A stretch of 64,000 nucleotides of DNA from Dehalococcoidia bacterium (GTDB lineage Bacteria > Chloroflexota > Dehalococcoidia > Plut-88900). The DNA lies in assembly GCA_965197645.1 (NCBI GenBank), contig OZ240219.1:32001-96000 (forward strand), written 5' to 3'. The number at the start of each line of letters is the position of its first letter. Within the stretch, counting starts at the first letter, position 1. Below the pieces are notes generated by a model that saw nothing but the letters and a program-made list of their open reading frames with translations, did no database searches and was not told the origin of the DNA. Below, one piece after another: positions 39,747 to 49,842 of the stretch. Position numbers and translations under genes: made by a program.

Positions 39747-40964
39747 TTACAGGATGGCGCCCGCGTCTTTCAGCTTGCCGATGTCATTCCAGTCGTAGCC
39801 CAGCTCCAACAGCACCTCCTCGGTGTGCTGGCCGGTCTCGGGTGCAGGGCCCCGGGGTTGGACCTGGCTTTGACCGAACACCACTGGCATTTTCAGCGTC
39901 TCGTATGGGCCATGCGTGGGGTGTTCCAGCGTGGCGAAGAGCTCGTTGGCGCCGGTCTGGGGATCGTTTATAGCTTCGGTAACCGTCTGCACCGGGGCCC
40001 AGTGACGAGCGTTGGCATCGAGGATGGGAACGATCTCTTCCATGGTCAACGCCCCTATTGACCTGTCCAACTCTCGGATGAGCAGTTCCGAGTGGTTTTT
40101 CCGCTTTTCGAAGGTGTCGTAGGCGGGATCGGTTGCCAGGTCGGCCCGTCCGAGGGCCGTACAGAAGCCCGCCCATGCTTCGTTGTCGTCCGAGGCCTCA
40201 CTGAGGATGATATTGAACCATTTTCCGTCTTTGGTGCGGTAGTAGTTCATCTCGGGCACGAGCTTGTTAGTCCGAGTCCACAGCTTGGGGTCTGCGTTGG
40301 CTTGGACGGCCTCGGCCACATCGGTGCCGATGACCCAGAGACCCACGTTGAAAAGGGACGCCGACAGCTGTTGTCCTCTGCCGGTGCGCTCCTTTTCGAT
40401 CAGCGCCGCCAGTATGCCCGACAGGACCACGGGCGATGAGACGTGATCCCCGAAGCCGGACCGCAGCTCCACGGGCGGCGCTCCCGGCTCCCTCATAATC
40501 GAACACATGCCCGAGCGGGCCCAGAAGGCGTTCAGGTCGAAGCCGGTGCGGTCCTTATCGGGGCCGCGCTGGCCGTAGGCATTAAACGCCAGGTAGATGA
40601 TCTGCGGATTGACCTTCGATAGCTCCTCGTAGGTCAGGTGAAACCGCTCCAGCCTGGCGGGGACGAGATTGGTCAGGAAAACATCGGCTTCTTCGGTCAG
40701 CTTCCACACCACCCGGGTCGCCTCATCTTTGGACAGGTCGAGGGCGATGCCCCGCTTGCCCCTGTTGTCCATCTCGAAGGGATAGCTGACGGGGAACTCA
40801 AAGTCGAACATATCGTCGGCGCCCGTTTGCCGCCATGGGTCTCCCTGCAACGGCTCCACCTTGACGACACTGGCGCCCATATCGGCCATCATCGCCGCCG
40901 CGGAGGGCACGGCGAGAAAGTTTGCTATTTCGAGTACCCTGATACCTTCGAGGGGGCCTGACAT
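39747..40964 (-). CDS. Class III CoA-transferase (CaiB/BaiF)
   Basis: LEGIRVLE, NRGKRGIALDL, GFD, GDH, GQHTEEVL. Confidence 0.94.
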   Translation of the reverse strand: MSGPLEGIRVLEIANFLAVPSAAAMMADMGASVVKVEPLQGDPWRQTGADDMFDFEFPVSYPFEMDNRGKRGIALDLSKDEATRVVWKLTEEADVFLTNLVPARLERFHLTYEELSKVNPQIIYLAFNAYGQRGPDKDRTGFDLNAFWARSGMCSIMREPGAPPVELRSGFGDHVSSPVVLSGILAALIEKERTGRGQQLSASLFNVGLWVIGTDVAEAVQANADPKLWTRTNKLVPEMNYYRTKDGKWFNIILSEASDDNEAWAGFCTALGRADLATDPAYDTFEKRKNHSELLIRELDRSIGALTMEEIVPILDANARHWAPVQTVTEAINDPQTGANELFATLEHPTHGPYETLKMPVVFGQSQVQPRGPAPETGQHTEEVLLELGYDWNDIGKLKDAGAIL

Positions 40965-41056
40965 CGGTTACCTTCCTCGGGACCTGTTTTGCCTGTACAG
41001 CCGTCTCGCGCCGTCATATGATAGCCCCGGTGTCCACGAATACAAGGGGGAGCGTC

Positions 41057-42625
41057 ATGCTGGACCTATTGATTACTGGCGGCGTCATCATCGATGGCAC
41101 GGGAAGCGCGGGCTATTACGGCTCGGTGGGCGTTGAGGGCGAAAAGGTCAGGATAATCCGAGGCGATGTATCCGCAATACAGGCCGGCAAGGTCATAGAC
41201 GCCACCGGCTGCATAGTCTGTCCCGGGTTCATCGATCTCCACTCACACGCCGGCCTGGTTATGCTGGCGGAGCCCCGGCACGAGCCTAAAGTGCGGCAGG
41301 GCGTCACCACCGAGCTCATCGGCATCGACGGACTCTCCTACGCTCCGGTCCAGCACCGGAAGGACTTCGACGATCTGGTGGAGATGAACTCGGGGCTCGA
41401 TGGCGCCCCGGAGCTGCCGGAGAGCTGGGACTCGGTGGCGGAGTACCTCTCGATGTTCGATCGCAAGGTGGCCATTAATGTGGCCTACATCATCGGCAAC
41501 TCGCCGTTGAGGGTCATGGGCGTGGGCTGGGACGACCGCGAGGCCACCGGCGCGGAGCTGGAGAGGATGAAATCGCTGCTGAGGGAGGGGATGGAGGAGG
41601 GCGCCTTCGGACTGTCGACGGGCCTGGACTATCCGCCGGGAAGCTACGCCAACACCGAGGAGCTCATCGAGCTGAGCAAGGAGGCGGCGAGGTGGGGAGG
41701 GATCTACCACACCCACGTCCGCTACGGCCTGGGCGACCGGTTTCTGGACCCCTTCCGAGAGGCGCTGGAGATAGGTCGCAAGGCGGAGCTGCCCTGCCAC
41801 CTGACCCACTTCTATCAGGGCATCGCCAAACAGGGTCCGGCTTCCGACCTGATAGGGCTGGTAGAGGCCTCTCGAAACGAGGGGCTGGACGTTACATTCG
41901 ATTGCTACCCCTATGTCTACAGCAGCACCCGGCTGCTGATCTTCATTCCCCAGTGGGCCCACGATGGGGGCGTCGACAAGATGAAACGAGTGCTGGCATC
42001 GGCGGAAGGCCGGGAGCGAATCAAGAAAGAGATATCCGAGTCCGGCGGTTACGACGACGTCTACCTGACCTACTTCAAAAAGCCCCACAACCAACGTTAC
42101 GAGGGCCGAACGCTGGCCCAAGTGGCAGACTCGATGGGCATGGACCCCGTAGACGCCATGTGTGACCTGCTGCTGGATGAGGACCTGCAGACCTCCTTTG
42201 TGAGCCCGGGAGTCAACGCCAACACCCTAGCCAAGTTCGTGGCCCACCCGATGTCGATGGTCGGGACCGATGCCCTGCTGCTGGGCGACTATCCCAGTCC
42301 CAGGTCCTATGGGGCGTTCCCCAAGCTCCTTTCGGAGTTTGTTCGCGACGAACAGTTTCTGCCGTTGCCCCAGGCAATACGGAAGATGACCTCTTTCCCG
42401 GCGCAGCGGCTGGGACTCAAGGACCGGGGCATCCTGCGGGACGGGATGCACGCCGATATAGTGGTCTTCAACAACGAGACCATCGACGCTCCGGGAACGA
42501 GGGACGATCCGAAGCAGTATCCCAAGGGAATCGAGTACGTGATAGTGAACGGCAGGACCGTGGTGGAGAGAGGGCAGCACACGGGAGCACTGCCCGGCCG
42601 GGGGTTACGGCGGGGAATAGACTAG
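41057..42625 (+). CDS. N-acyl-D-amino-acid deacylase (D-aminoacylase)
   Basis: PGFIDLHSH, QGVTTE, GLSTGLDYPPG, PRSYGAFP. Confidence 0.92.
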   Translation: MLDLLITGGVIIDGTGSAGYYGSVGVEGEKVRIIRGDVSAIQAGKVIDATGCIVCPGFIDLHSHAGLVMLAEPRHEPKVRQGVTTELIGIDGLSYAPVQHRKDFDDLVEMNSGLDGAPELPESWDSVAEYLSMFDRKVAINVAYIIGNSPLRVMGVGWDDREATGAELERMKSLLREGMEEGAFGLSTGLDYPPGSYANTEELIELSKEAARWGGIYHTHVRYGLGDRFLDPFREALEIGRKAELPCHLTHFYQGIAKQGPASDLIGLVEASRNEGLDVTFDCYPYVYSSTRLLIFIPQWAHDGGVDKMKRVLASAEGRERIKKEISESGGYDDVYLTYFKKPHNQRYEGRTLAQVADSMGMDPVDAMCDLLLDEDLQTSFVSPGVNANTLAKFVAHPMSMVGTDALLLGDYPSPRSYGAFPKLLSEFVRDEQFLPLPQAIRKMTSFPAQRLGLKDRGILRDGMHADIVVFNNETIDAPGTRDDPKQYPKGIEYVIVNGRTVVERGQHTGALPGRGLRRGID

Positions 42626-42681
42626 CGTAGAATGGCGGCCATCCTGCGGTCGAGACAGGCATAGAGCAAAGGGGGAAGACA

Positions 42682-43719
42682 ATGGCAACCGACGACCCGA
42701 ACGAAGGAAGAATGTTCGGCTCCCAGTTCAACGTCGTGCCGGGAGGCGCCGGGGGCTACCCCTTCGTGGGAATCCCCAGCTTCATGAGCGTCCCCATATG
42801 CACGGACCTCGACAAGCTGGATGCGGACATCGCCATCATGGGAGCGCCAACGGACGAGGGTTCACCCTTCCTGCCCGGCGCTCGACTCGGGACACGGTCC
42901 ATCCGCGAGCACTCAATGCGGTTCGGCAACGCCGGCTACTACGACCACAACGTGCAGAAGGAGTTTCTGGCCGACGAGTTGCAGGGACGGCGGATAGTGG
43001 ACGTGGGCGATGCCAATGTTCAGGTTACCCAGCCGGACGTCACCTTCGACAACATCACTGCTCTAACCAAGGCCGTGGTGGACAGGGGCGCCATGCCGGT
43101 GGTCATCGGCGGGGACCACGCCATCAGCTTCCCCATCGCCAGGGCCTTCAACGAGCCGTTTCACGTCGTCCACTTCGACGCCCACATCGATTACGTGCCC
43201 TTCTGGCACGGGTTTCAGTACACCAACGGCCACGCCTTCCGGCTGATTCGCACCCTGGACAACTGCCGGAGCATGACCCAGGTGGGAATCCGGAGCCTTC
43301 GGAATGCGAAGTCCTGGATAGAGGACGCGCTGGCGGACGGCAACCGGGTCATCAACATGCAGCAGTTCCGGGACGAGAAGCCCAGCGGGATAGTGGGTGG
43401 GATACCCCGGGACTCCAAGATCTACGTAAGCATAGACGTGGATGTGCTCGACAATACCCTGGTGCCGGGCTGCGTCTCGGCCGAGCCGGATGGGATGATG
43501 TACAACGAGCTCCGGGACACCCTTTTCGCACTGGCGGAGCACACGGAGATCATCGGGTTCGATCTGTGCGAGGTGAACCCGCAGCTGGACGTACGGACCG
43601 GGGTAACCTCCTACCTGGCGGCCCACACGATTATCGAGTTCCTCTCGCGCATCTGCGATCAGCCTCGGTGGGCGAAGCGCAAAGAGGCTAGGCAGTCTGC
43701 AAAGGAAAGCAGCGGCTAA
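42682..43719 (+). CDS. Ureohydrolase (agmatinase/guanidinobutyrase-like)
   Basis: GGDHAI, HFDAHID, SIDVDVLD, EVNP. Confidence 0.93.
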   Translation: MATDDPNEGRMFGSQFNVVPGGAGGYPFVGIPSFMSVPICTDLDKLDADIAIMGAPTDEGSPFLPGARLGTRSIREHSMRFGNAGYYDHNVQKEFLADELQGRRIVDVGDANVQVTQPDVTFDNITALTKAVVDRGAMPVVIGGDHAISFPIARAFNEPFHVVHFDAHIDYVPFWHGFQYTNGHAFRLIRTLDNCRSMTQVGIRSLRNAKSWIEDALADGNRVINMQQFRDEKPSGIVGGIPRDSKIYVSIDVDVLDNTLVPGCVSAEPDGMMYNELRDTLFALAEHTEIIGFDLCEVNPQLDVRTGVTSYLAAHTIIEFLSRICDQPRWAKRKEARQSAKESSG

Positions 43720-43779
43720 GCCGCAGCGACAAGCAAGGGGCGTGCCAACGAACCTGTCTCAAGACTTGGCACCGAGGAA

Positions 43780-43829
43780 GTCCAGAGGGAAACTTCCCTC
43801 TGGCAGGGGGCCTGGGGGATGTTCCCCCA
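43780..43829 (+). repeat. REP-like palindromic repeat
   Basis: GTCCAGAGGG..CCCTCTGGCAGGGG..TGGGGGATGT.CCCCCA; inverted copy at 48071-48118. Confidence 0.7.
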
Positions 43830-43990
43830 TTAACAAAACCATCCGCTGGCAGGTGGAACACATTTGCCCCCCTCATTCACGGCCGGGGTAAGACTGAAAA
43901 TTGATGAGATTGTGGGCCCGTGGCTTCCGATCTCCCGGATCGTGTGATTGATCGTATTACCTCATGGGCAGAGGCACTCTTAGGTGATAG

Positions 43991-44734
43991 TTGGTTACGA
44001 GAGGAATAGGAGGCGGAGACGAACCGCTTTTTTCACATTACCGCCGTTGGGCACTGAGTCTGGCCGTCGTCGCCATGGCTGTCGGCGGCGGGCTGACATG
44101 GTGGTCGCTCACTGGCCAGGACGACTACACGGAGGTCAGTGGAGCGCTGGAGCAGGCCTGTCGTGCATCGCAGACGATCCAGGACTTCGACATACTCTGG
44201 TACGGCGAGTTCCATGAAGACGGCAAAAGGATCGAAGAGGCCAGCGGGTACTCCAACTTCTACGTCTCCGGGGAGTCCTATCACCTGGTGGCCACGTCGG
44301 CGATAGGGGGAATCAAGATCGAGCGTCTGTACTATGACGGGGACCTGTACTTCATGGACCTCAACCAAGAGGGCAAATGGGACAAGAAGTTTTCCAACAC
44401 CCAGGGCTTGGGCTGGCCCTTCAACGCGGACTCCATCTGCCCTAACCTCGCTCACTTCACCTACGAGGGCAGGTCCAAGGTGGAGGACGAGAACACCAGG
44501 TACTTCACGTCTCCCACAGTCGATGGGGAACCCTACGGGGAAGCGCCGGTGGGTCCTGACGCGTTTTCCGAGGTACGAGACTGGGGGATCTGGATCAACG
44601 AGGAAGGGTACATAGTGAAGGTGGTCTACTCGGTGGTGTTCCCCAAGATCGAGGGCGAACCGGTCAAGACGGGCAGCGTCCTGGCCGTAGTCTCCGGCCA
44701 CGGTGAGCCAAATAATCTGCCAATCCCCAGATAG
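43991..44734 (+). CDS. Hypothetical membrane-anchored extracellular protein (LppX/LolA-like beta fold possible)
   Basis: N-terminal TM, beta-rich body, IWINEEGYIVKV. Confidence 0.65.
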   Translation: MVTRGIGGGDEPLFSHYRRWALSLAVVAMAVGGGLTWWSLTGQDDYTEVSGALEQACRASQTIQDFDILWYGEFHEDGKRIEEASGYSNFYVSGESYHLVATSAIGGIKIERLYYDGDLYFMDLNQEGKWDKKFSNTQGLGWPFNADSICPNLAHFTYEGRSKVEDENTRYFTSPTVDGEPYGEAPVGPDAFSEVRDWGIWINEEGYIVKVVYSVVFPKIEGEPVKTGSVLAVVSGHGEPNNLPIPR

Positions 44735-44745
44735 GAGGGCAGAGA

Positions 44746-44915
44746 TGACCACAGATAGCGCACTATCGGCGGATGAGCGCCGAGAGATACTCAAGGAGAC
44801 GGTGGCCAACTGGATAGCCCAGGGCTGGCGGCTGGAAGTTCTAGGTCTCTGCCCTTGTGCTTACACCAGAGAGCCGGATGACAAGAAAGCGCCACACCCG
44901 GTTCGCAGAGGCTGA
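44746..44915 (+). pseudogene. Short gene fragment
   Basis: AGGAGG RBS then MTTDSALSADERREILKETVANWIAQGWRLE, followed by non-protein-like sequence. Confidence 0.35.
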
Positions 44916-44978
44916 CAGAAAAACGTTTCTGTAACTCGGACCAACTCTCCGACGGCTAACCGGGGAGTTGCCGCCCGG

Positions 44979-46079
44979 CTAGTTGTGGCAGCCCCGGGCG
45001 GGGATGTCACCGACGTACTCGACCATCCCGTTCCTGACGGCGACGTACTGGTCCCAGCGATTCATCAGCATGTCCTGCTGACCGTTGACCAGTTGGAACT
45101 TGTCCCCAATCGAAACACCCGAGGATTCGGGTAGCTGGAAGACGATCTGCTCCTCGTGGAGGGCCGTTACGGTCGCACCGTCAATACCTTCGACTTCTGG
45201 AAGAACGCCGCCCGGCGACGCCATGGCCCTGCTCCCGACGTCACCTATGGCCACACCAGGCCTGGGCGTGCTGATTACGGTGCCCAGGACCTTGCCGGCG
45301 ATGCGGAACTCGTCCATGTAGTCGTAGGTGTGGGACATGAGCATGTAGGTACCGCCCTCGACCTCTGTGACGCCGGCAATGTCAGCGGCGATGTCATAGC
45401 TCCAACTCTCCCCCGTGGAGACGATCTCCACAGGGATGTCGGCGGCCTCGATGGCGCTTTTGGCGTCCAGGCAGATCTGGAAGTACTTGCGAGCGCCAAT
45501 CAGTCGGGTCTCCTTGTCCGGTTTGCCGGGTAGCGTCTGGTGGCTCATCACCCCACGGAAGGCGATGCCCGGAAGCTCGGTGGCCAGCTTGGCAAGCTCG
45601 ACGCCCTGATGGAACTCCCGGGTGCCGGCCCTGCCCATGGAGGTGTCGACCTCGATGAGCACGCCAATTGTAGCGCCGCGCCGTGAGGCGATCTCGGAGA
45701 GCTTGGCCAGGTTTCGGGGGTCATCGATGGCTACCTTGACGTCCGCCTGTTGTGCAAGAGAGCATATCCGATCGATCTTGTCCTCGGTTACCACCTGGTT
45801 CGGGATGAGGATATCGTGGATACCGCCCTCCACCATGACCTCAGCCTCGGCGACCTTGGCAGTACACACGCCGCCGTGGGTGCCGCCGGCCCTGATCTGC
45901 ATGTGGGCCAGCAGGGGGCTCTTGGTGTTCTTGGTGTGGTGGCGCATCTTGACCTGGGTATCGGCGTAGGTATCGGCGATGATGGACAGGTTGTGCTCCA
46001 GGTCATCGAGATCGATGAGTAGTACGGGGGTGTCCAGGTCTTCTACCGGAGTTCCCATTGCAGGTCGATAGCGTTCCAT
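44979..46079 (-). CDS. PLP-dependent D-threonine aldolase/D-serine dehydratase (DSD1) family
   Basis: LDTPVLLID, RHHTKNTK, EVDTSMGRAG, HEE. Confidence 0.9.
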   Translation of the reverse strand: MERYRPAMGTPVEDLDTPVLLIDLDDLEHNLSIIADTYADTQVKMRHHTKNTKSPLLAHMQIRAGGTHGGVCTAKVAEAEVMVEGGIHDILIPNQVVTEDKIDRICSLAQQADVKVAIDDPRNLAKLSEIASRRGATIGVLIEVDTSMGRAGTREFHQGVELAKLATELPGIAFRGVMSHQTLPGKPDKETRLIGARKYFQICLDAKSAIEAADIPVEIVSTGESWSYDIAADIAGVTEVEGGTYMLMSHTYDYMDEFRIAGKVLGTVISTPRPGVAIGDVGSRAMASPGGVLPEVEGIDGATVTALHEEQIVFQLPESSGVSIGDKFQLVNGQQDMLMNRWDQYVAVRNGMVEYVGDIPARGCHN

Positions 46080-46318
46080 GGTGGCCTCTAGTCCAGTATG
46101 AGCGCTTCAAGTCTGAAGCGGATGTACGTGGTGGCCCTAGTATAGGGCAGATGAACGAACAGTGGTAAGGGGAACGATGGGGGTGTGCTACAATCCGGCT
46201 GCCCCTCCGCCACTCACCTCTTGATCAGAGCTCTCCCGTGAGCGAGGTTGGAAGATTGGGTACCGGAGCGGCCCCGGCTGATCCAGGATTTTGAAACGTG
46301 GAGAAGGGAGCTTAGACG

Positions 46319-46678
46319 ATGGATACGAAGGGAAGTTACCTTTTCGTAGCGGCGATGGACGTGAACCCGGACAAGGAGCCTCTATTCAACGAGATATATG
46401 ACACCGAGCACGTACCCTTTGTAAGCGAGGTCCCCGGGGTAATTTCGGCGGCCCGATACGAGAGGCAGGAGCTGACGATGCTCATCGGCGGCGAGAGGCG
46501 GACCATCCGCATAGAAGATGCCCCGAAGTACGCGGCCCTGTACGAAATCGAGTCGCCGGACGTCCTGACAAGCGAGGCCTGGGGGTCGGCTGTGGAGCGG
46601 GGCCGTTGGCCGGAACACGCCAGGCCCCACACTAGGAACCGCCGGCACACACTGTGGCGGCTGCTGCCCCGCGAGTGA
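46319..46678 (+). CDS. EthD/DUF4286-like dimeric alpha-beta barrel protein
   Basis: FNEIYDTEHVP..VPGVISAARY..YAALYE. Confidence 0.8.
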   Translation: MDTKGSYLFVAAMDVNPDKEPLFNEIYDTEHVPFVSEVPGVISAARYERQELTMLIGGERRTIRIEDAPKYAALYEIESPDVLTSEAWGSAVERGRWPEHARPHTRNRRHTLWRLLPRE

Positions 46679-46722
46679 TTTTGGGAGATGGTTTAGGGTC
46701 TGTTCACACCCTCGCTTGCAAC

Positions 46723-46899
46723 GTCATTCCGAAACGGAGCGCAGCGTAGTGAGGAATCTATGGCCCATGTTCCCAGACCATCTTGCGCAAGTGGGCCTAT
46801 CGGCTCATATGCGCAATCCCGCGATAATGGAGACCGGTGGGGGAATCGGGTCGCTACTCCCGACAACCCTTTTAGATTCCTCACTGCGTTCGGAATGAC
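46723..46899. repeat. Inverted-repeat palindromic element
   Basis: Arms GTCATTCCGAA..AGTGAGGAATCTA and TAGATTCCTCACTGCGTTCGGAATGAC. Confidence 0.75.
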
Positions 46900-46979
46900 A
46901 ACTAAGCTGCGTAGACATCCAGGTTGGATGTAGTATGCTCACTTCGTGCCGATATCATAGCTAGAGGAGGGAACCGGAT

Positions 46980-47993
46980 ATGGCGATAGTAAGGACGGTT
47001 CTGGGTGACGTATCACCCGACGACATCGGCGTCGTCCTGCCCCATGAACACGCCTTCATGGGCTGGCAGGGAGCGGAAGCCGACCCCCTCAGTCGGTACG
47101 ACGAGGAGGAAACGCTGGACAAGGTCGTGAAGGAGCTGACCACGGCCAAGGAGCGTCACGGGCTGTCCTGCTTCGTCGACGTGACCACGTCGAACAACGG
47201 GCGCAACACGGATTTCCTGGCGGAAGCTTCCCGGCGAAGCGGAGTCCACGTCGTGGCGGCCAGCGGTTTTTACACTGAAAGCATGGGCATACCTTTCTAC
47301 TGGGCCACCAAGTCCACCGACGTCATCGAGGACTACTTTACTAGGGAAATCACCGAGGGAGTCGTCAACACCAATGTCCGATGCGGAATCATAAAGCTGG
47401 CCAGCGGCCCGGCATTCCCGGCGCCCGTACCGGAGTGGGGCTCGGAGCTGGCGCCATATGCCCTCGGACCCACAGCCGTGGAGGAAAAGGGGTTCCGGGC
47501 GGCGGCCCGGGTCCAGAAGAAGCTGGGAGTAGCCATCACCACCCACACCGACGAGAACGATTGGGCGGTCTGCAACATCGGGCTGCGCCAGCTGGACATA
47601 CTGCTGGATGAAGGGGCGGGACCGTCGAAGTGCATCATCGGCCACGCCGACTGGTGCTCAAACATCAGATATCTGGCCGAGATAATGGAACGGGGCGCCA
47701 ACGTAGGTCTCGATACCTTCGCCTATCCCTGGGGCCCGCCGGGCGACATTGGCAGGATAGGGCTGGTGAGTGCGCTGGTGGGCATGGGGTACGCATCGCA
47801 GATGGTGCTGTCCCACGATGTGGTCCTCCACGAATTGAGGCGACCCGGCACCGAAGATGATCCCTCCCTGGAGGGCAAGAACCTGTGCAAGCTCTTCGAG
47901 GAGGCGGTGCCCGCCCTGCTGCAGGCAGGCATCAGCGAGGAGACCATCCATCAGATAACGGTGGAGAACCCTCGCCGGATTCTCGCATTCTAG
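46980..47993 (+). CDS. Phosphotriesterase-related protein
   Basis: LPHEH, GIIK, TTHT, IGHAD, LSHD, ENPRRIL. Confidence 0.92.
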   Translation: MAIVRTVLGDVSPDDIGVVLPHEHAFMGWQGAEADPLSRYDEEETLDKVVKELTTAKERHGLSCFVDVTTSNNGRNTDFLAEASRRSGVHVVAASGFYTESMGIPFYWATKSTDVIEDYFTREITEGVVNTNVRCGIIKLASGPAFPAPVPEWGSELAPYALGPTAVEEKGFRAAARVQKKLGVAITTHTDENDWAVCNIGLRQLDILLDEGAGPSKCIIGHADWCSNIRYLAEIMERGANVGLDTFAYPWGPPGDIGRIGLVSALVGMGYASQMVLSHDVVLHELRRPGTEDDPSLEGKNLCKLFEEAVPALLQAGISEETIHQITVENPRRILAF

Positions 47994-48070
47994 CACGTAG
48001 GTGTGGACCGGTTTGGCCCGCCCCAGGTAGGTTTTCCCAACCACCCGCCCTGGGACGTTATTCTGTATTT

Positions 48071-48118
48071 TGGGGGGCACATCCCCCATATCCCCTGCCA
48101 GAGGGAAGCCCTCTGGAC
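48071..48118 (-). repeat. REP-like palindromic repeat (copy of 43780 type)
   Basis: Reverse complement GTCCAGAGGGCTTCCCTCTGGCAGGGGATATGGGGGATGTGCCCCCCA. Confidence 0.7.
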
Positions 48119-48146
48119 TCCCCGAAGTTCGTCTGCAGGCTCTGGT

Positions 48147-48956
48147 CTACAGGGCTTTCCAGTAGCGCTTGCCCTCGGTGCGGATGAAGTGACCGAAGCT
48201 GGGTGAGACGGCGTGGCCCATGCCCACCAGAGAGCCATCCTTCTCCAAACGTTCGAGTACCGCTTCCCGGGTCTCGCGGGCCTGGTCGTGGAAGGTGTCG
48301 TAGACGATCTGCCAGGCGGTCTCCTCGGCCTGGGCCGGGAAGTTGATGACATCGCCCAGCACGAAGCCTTTCTCGCCCTGTGACTGGATGGCGATGCTCA
48401 TGTGGCCCGGGGTGTGGCCGGGCGTGGGGACCATGGTGACCTCGCCGGTGAGGTTGGTCTCGCCTTCGGCCAACTCCAGCGCTCCCAGGTCCTCCAGGGG
48501 GACGGCCTGCTCGGAGACGTGGGGGTTGCTGGCGATGTCCTTCTTGTAGTAGTCCATGTCGCCCTTGGGGAGCCAGTAGCGGGCGTTGGGAAAGGTGAGC
48601 CTCGGTTGGCCGTTATCGTCGGTTATGTTCCACCCGATGTGGTCGGGGTGCAGGTGGGTGATGGCCACGTGGGTGACGTCGTCGACCGGTACGCCCTTTG
48701 ACTTGAGCTCTTCGAGGAGCTTACCCGGATATCCTGGGCCCAGGCCGGTATCGATCAGTATGGTCTGGCCTTCGGAGCGGACGGCGAAGCAGCCGAAGTT
48801 GACGTTCAGGTTCCCCTCGGCGGTGAGAGAGCCCGGATACTGGTCCCACTGGGCCCTGGTAACCTGGGGGAAAACGTCGCCGTGGGGCACCTCGGCAGCT
48901 TCGTCGGATAGCGAGATGAGCTGGGCGCTGCCTATGGATACCTGATAGTCGGGCAT
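48147..48956 (-). CDS. MBL-fold metallo-hydrolase (AHL-lactonase/MPH-like)
   Basis: THLHPDHIG, TPGHTPGH, GD. Confidence 0.92.
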   Translation of the reverse strand: MPDYQVSIGSAQLISLSDEAAEVPHGDVFPQVTRAQWDQYPGSLTAEGNLNVNFGCFAVRSEGQTILIDTGLGPGYPGKLLEELKSKGVPVDDVTHVAITHLHPDHIGWNITDDNGQPRLTFPNARYWLPKGDMDYYKKDIASNPHVSEQAVPLEDLGALELAEGETNLTGEVTMVPTPGHTPGHMSIAIQSQGEKGFVLGDVINFPAQAEETAWQIVYDTFHDQARETREAVLERLEKDGSLVGMGHAVSPSFGHFIRTEGKRYWKAL

Positions 48957-49071
48957 GGTGTCCTCCTATTAGCTTTTTGCGGTGGCCTGCCAGAGCCTAA
49001 TTTTACCGGTATGTCAACTGAGGTATTCCCGCCGTCCTGGCGAAAGGTCTGTCCTCCTTGACGCTCCCCAT

Positions 49072-49842
49072 TCAAGCCCAGGCGTCCAGCGAGAACCTAC
49101 TCACCGCGGCCTCGTCCAACTCTACTCCGAGGCCGGGAGCCTCGGGAAGGTCAAGCCGTACCTTGAAGTGCCTGACGGAGGCGTTATCGTCCCCTATAAT
49201 GGTTGTCTGGAGGTACTGGACTCAGACTCTGATTCTGATCTCTTTCTCCTTACCTGGGGTCACGGGCAGAACGCGTAGACTTTATCGGTGGCGTCAACCG
49301 CGCGGGCGCCCAGCTGCAGCATCAAGTTGGCGCCCTCCCCTAGGCGTGCTTCATCCAGGTTGTCCACCCCGTCGGTGATAGCCGACACGGTTTGACGCAA
49401 TAGTCGCGCTACAGCTCGCATGTCGACATGGATCGCCGCGGTCTTACTAGTAGGTGCACTAATCTCATCGATCCTGTCCGCCGAGGCGTTGAGTGTGACG
49501 AGTTCAACAGCGACGTCAAGAATCCACGCCTCATCCAGTATGAGCAGGGGATTTTCGCTGGCGGCCGTGGAGCAGGGTCTCGCGATACATAGCGTCCCAG
49601 ATAGCCTCGGTCTGGTGGGGATCTCGTCCCACCACCACGTCGGCGAGAAGCTCTCGTACCGCGAGGGTCACCAGCACGCCGGCCTTGTGGCCGCAGTAGC
49701 AGAAGCCGATGCCTTCTGCGCCGGTATCGGTGCGGATGCGGACCAGGGTGAAATGCCGCTCGGCGACGGCCCTGGTGGAAAAAGCTATGCCTACGTCCAG
49801 CGGAACGACACAGGTGGCGGCCTCTACGGAAACGACTTTCAT
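49072..49842 (-). pseudogene. Disrupted mandelate racemase/enolase-superfamily gene with foreign central insert
   Basis: N-terminus MKVVSVE..TDTGAEGIG..GRDP..ETLLHGR (49842 to ~49561) and C-terminus LPEAPGLGVELDEAAV (~49160-49072); the catalytic barrel is missing. Confidence 0.8.

Noticed and set aside
43771-43870. RNase P RNA (GAGGAAGTCC-like start)
   Set aside because: Too short, lacks the other conserved elements, and is explained by the REP-like repeat.
31091-48118. CRISPR array
   Set aside because: The repeats are dispersed palindromes without regular spacers; no cas genes.
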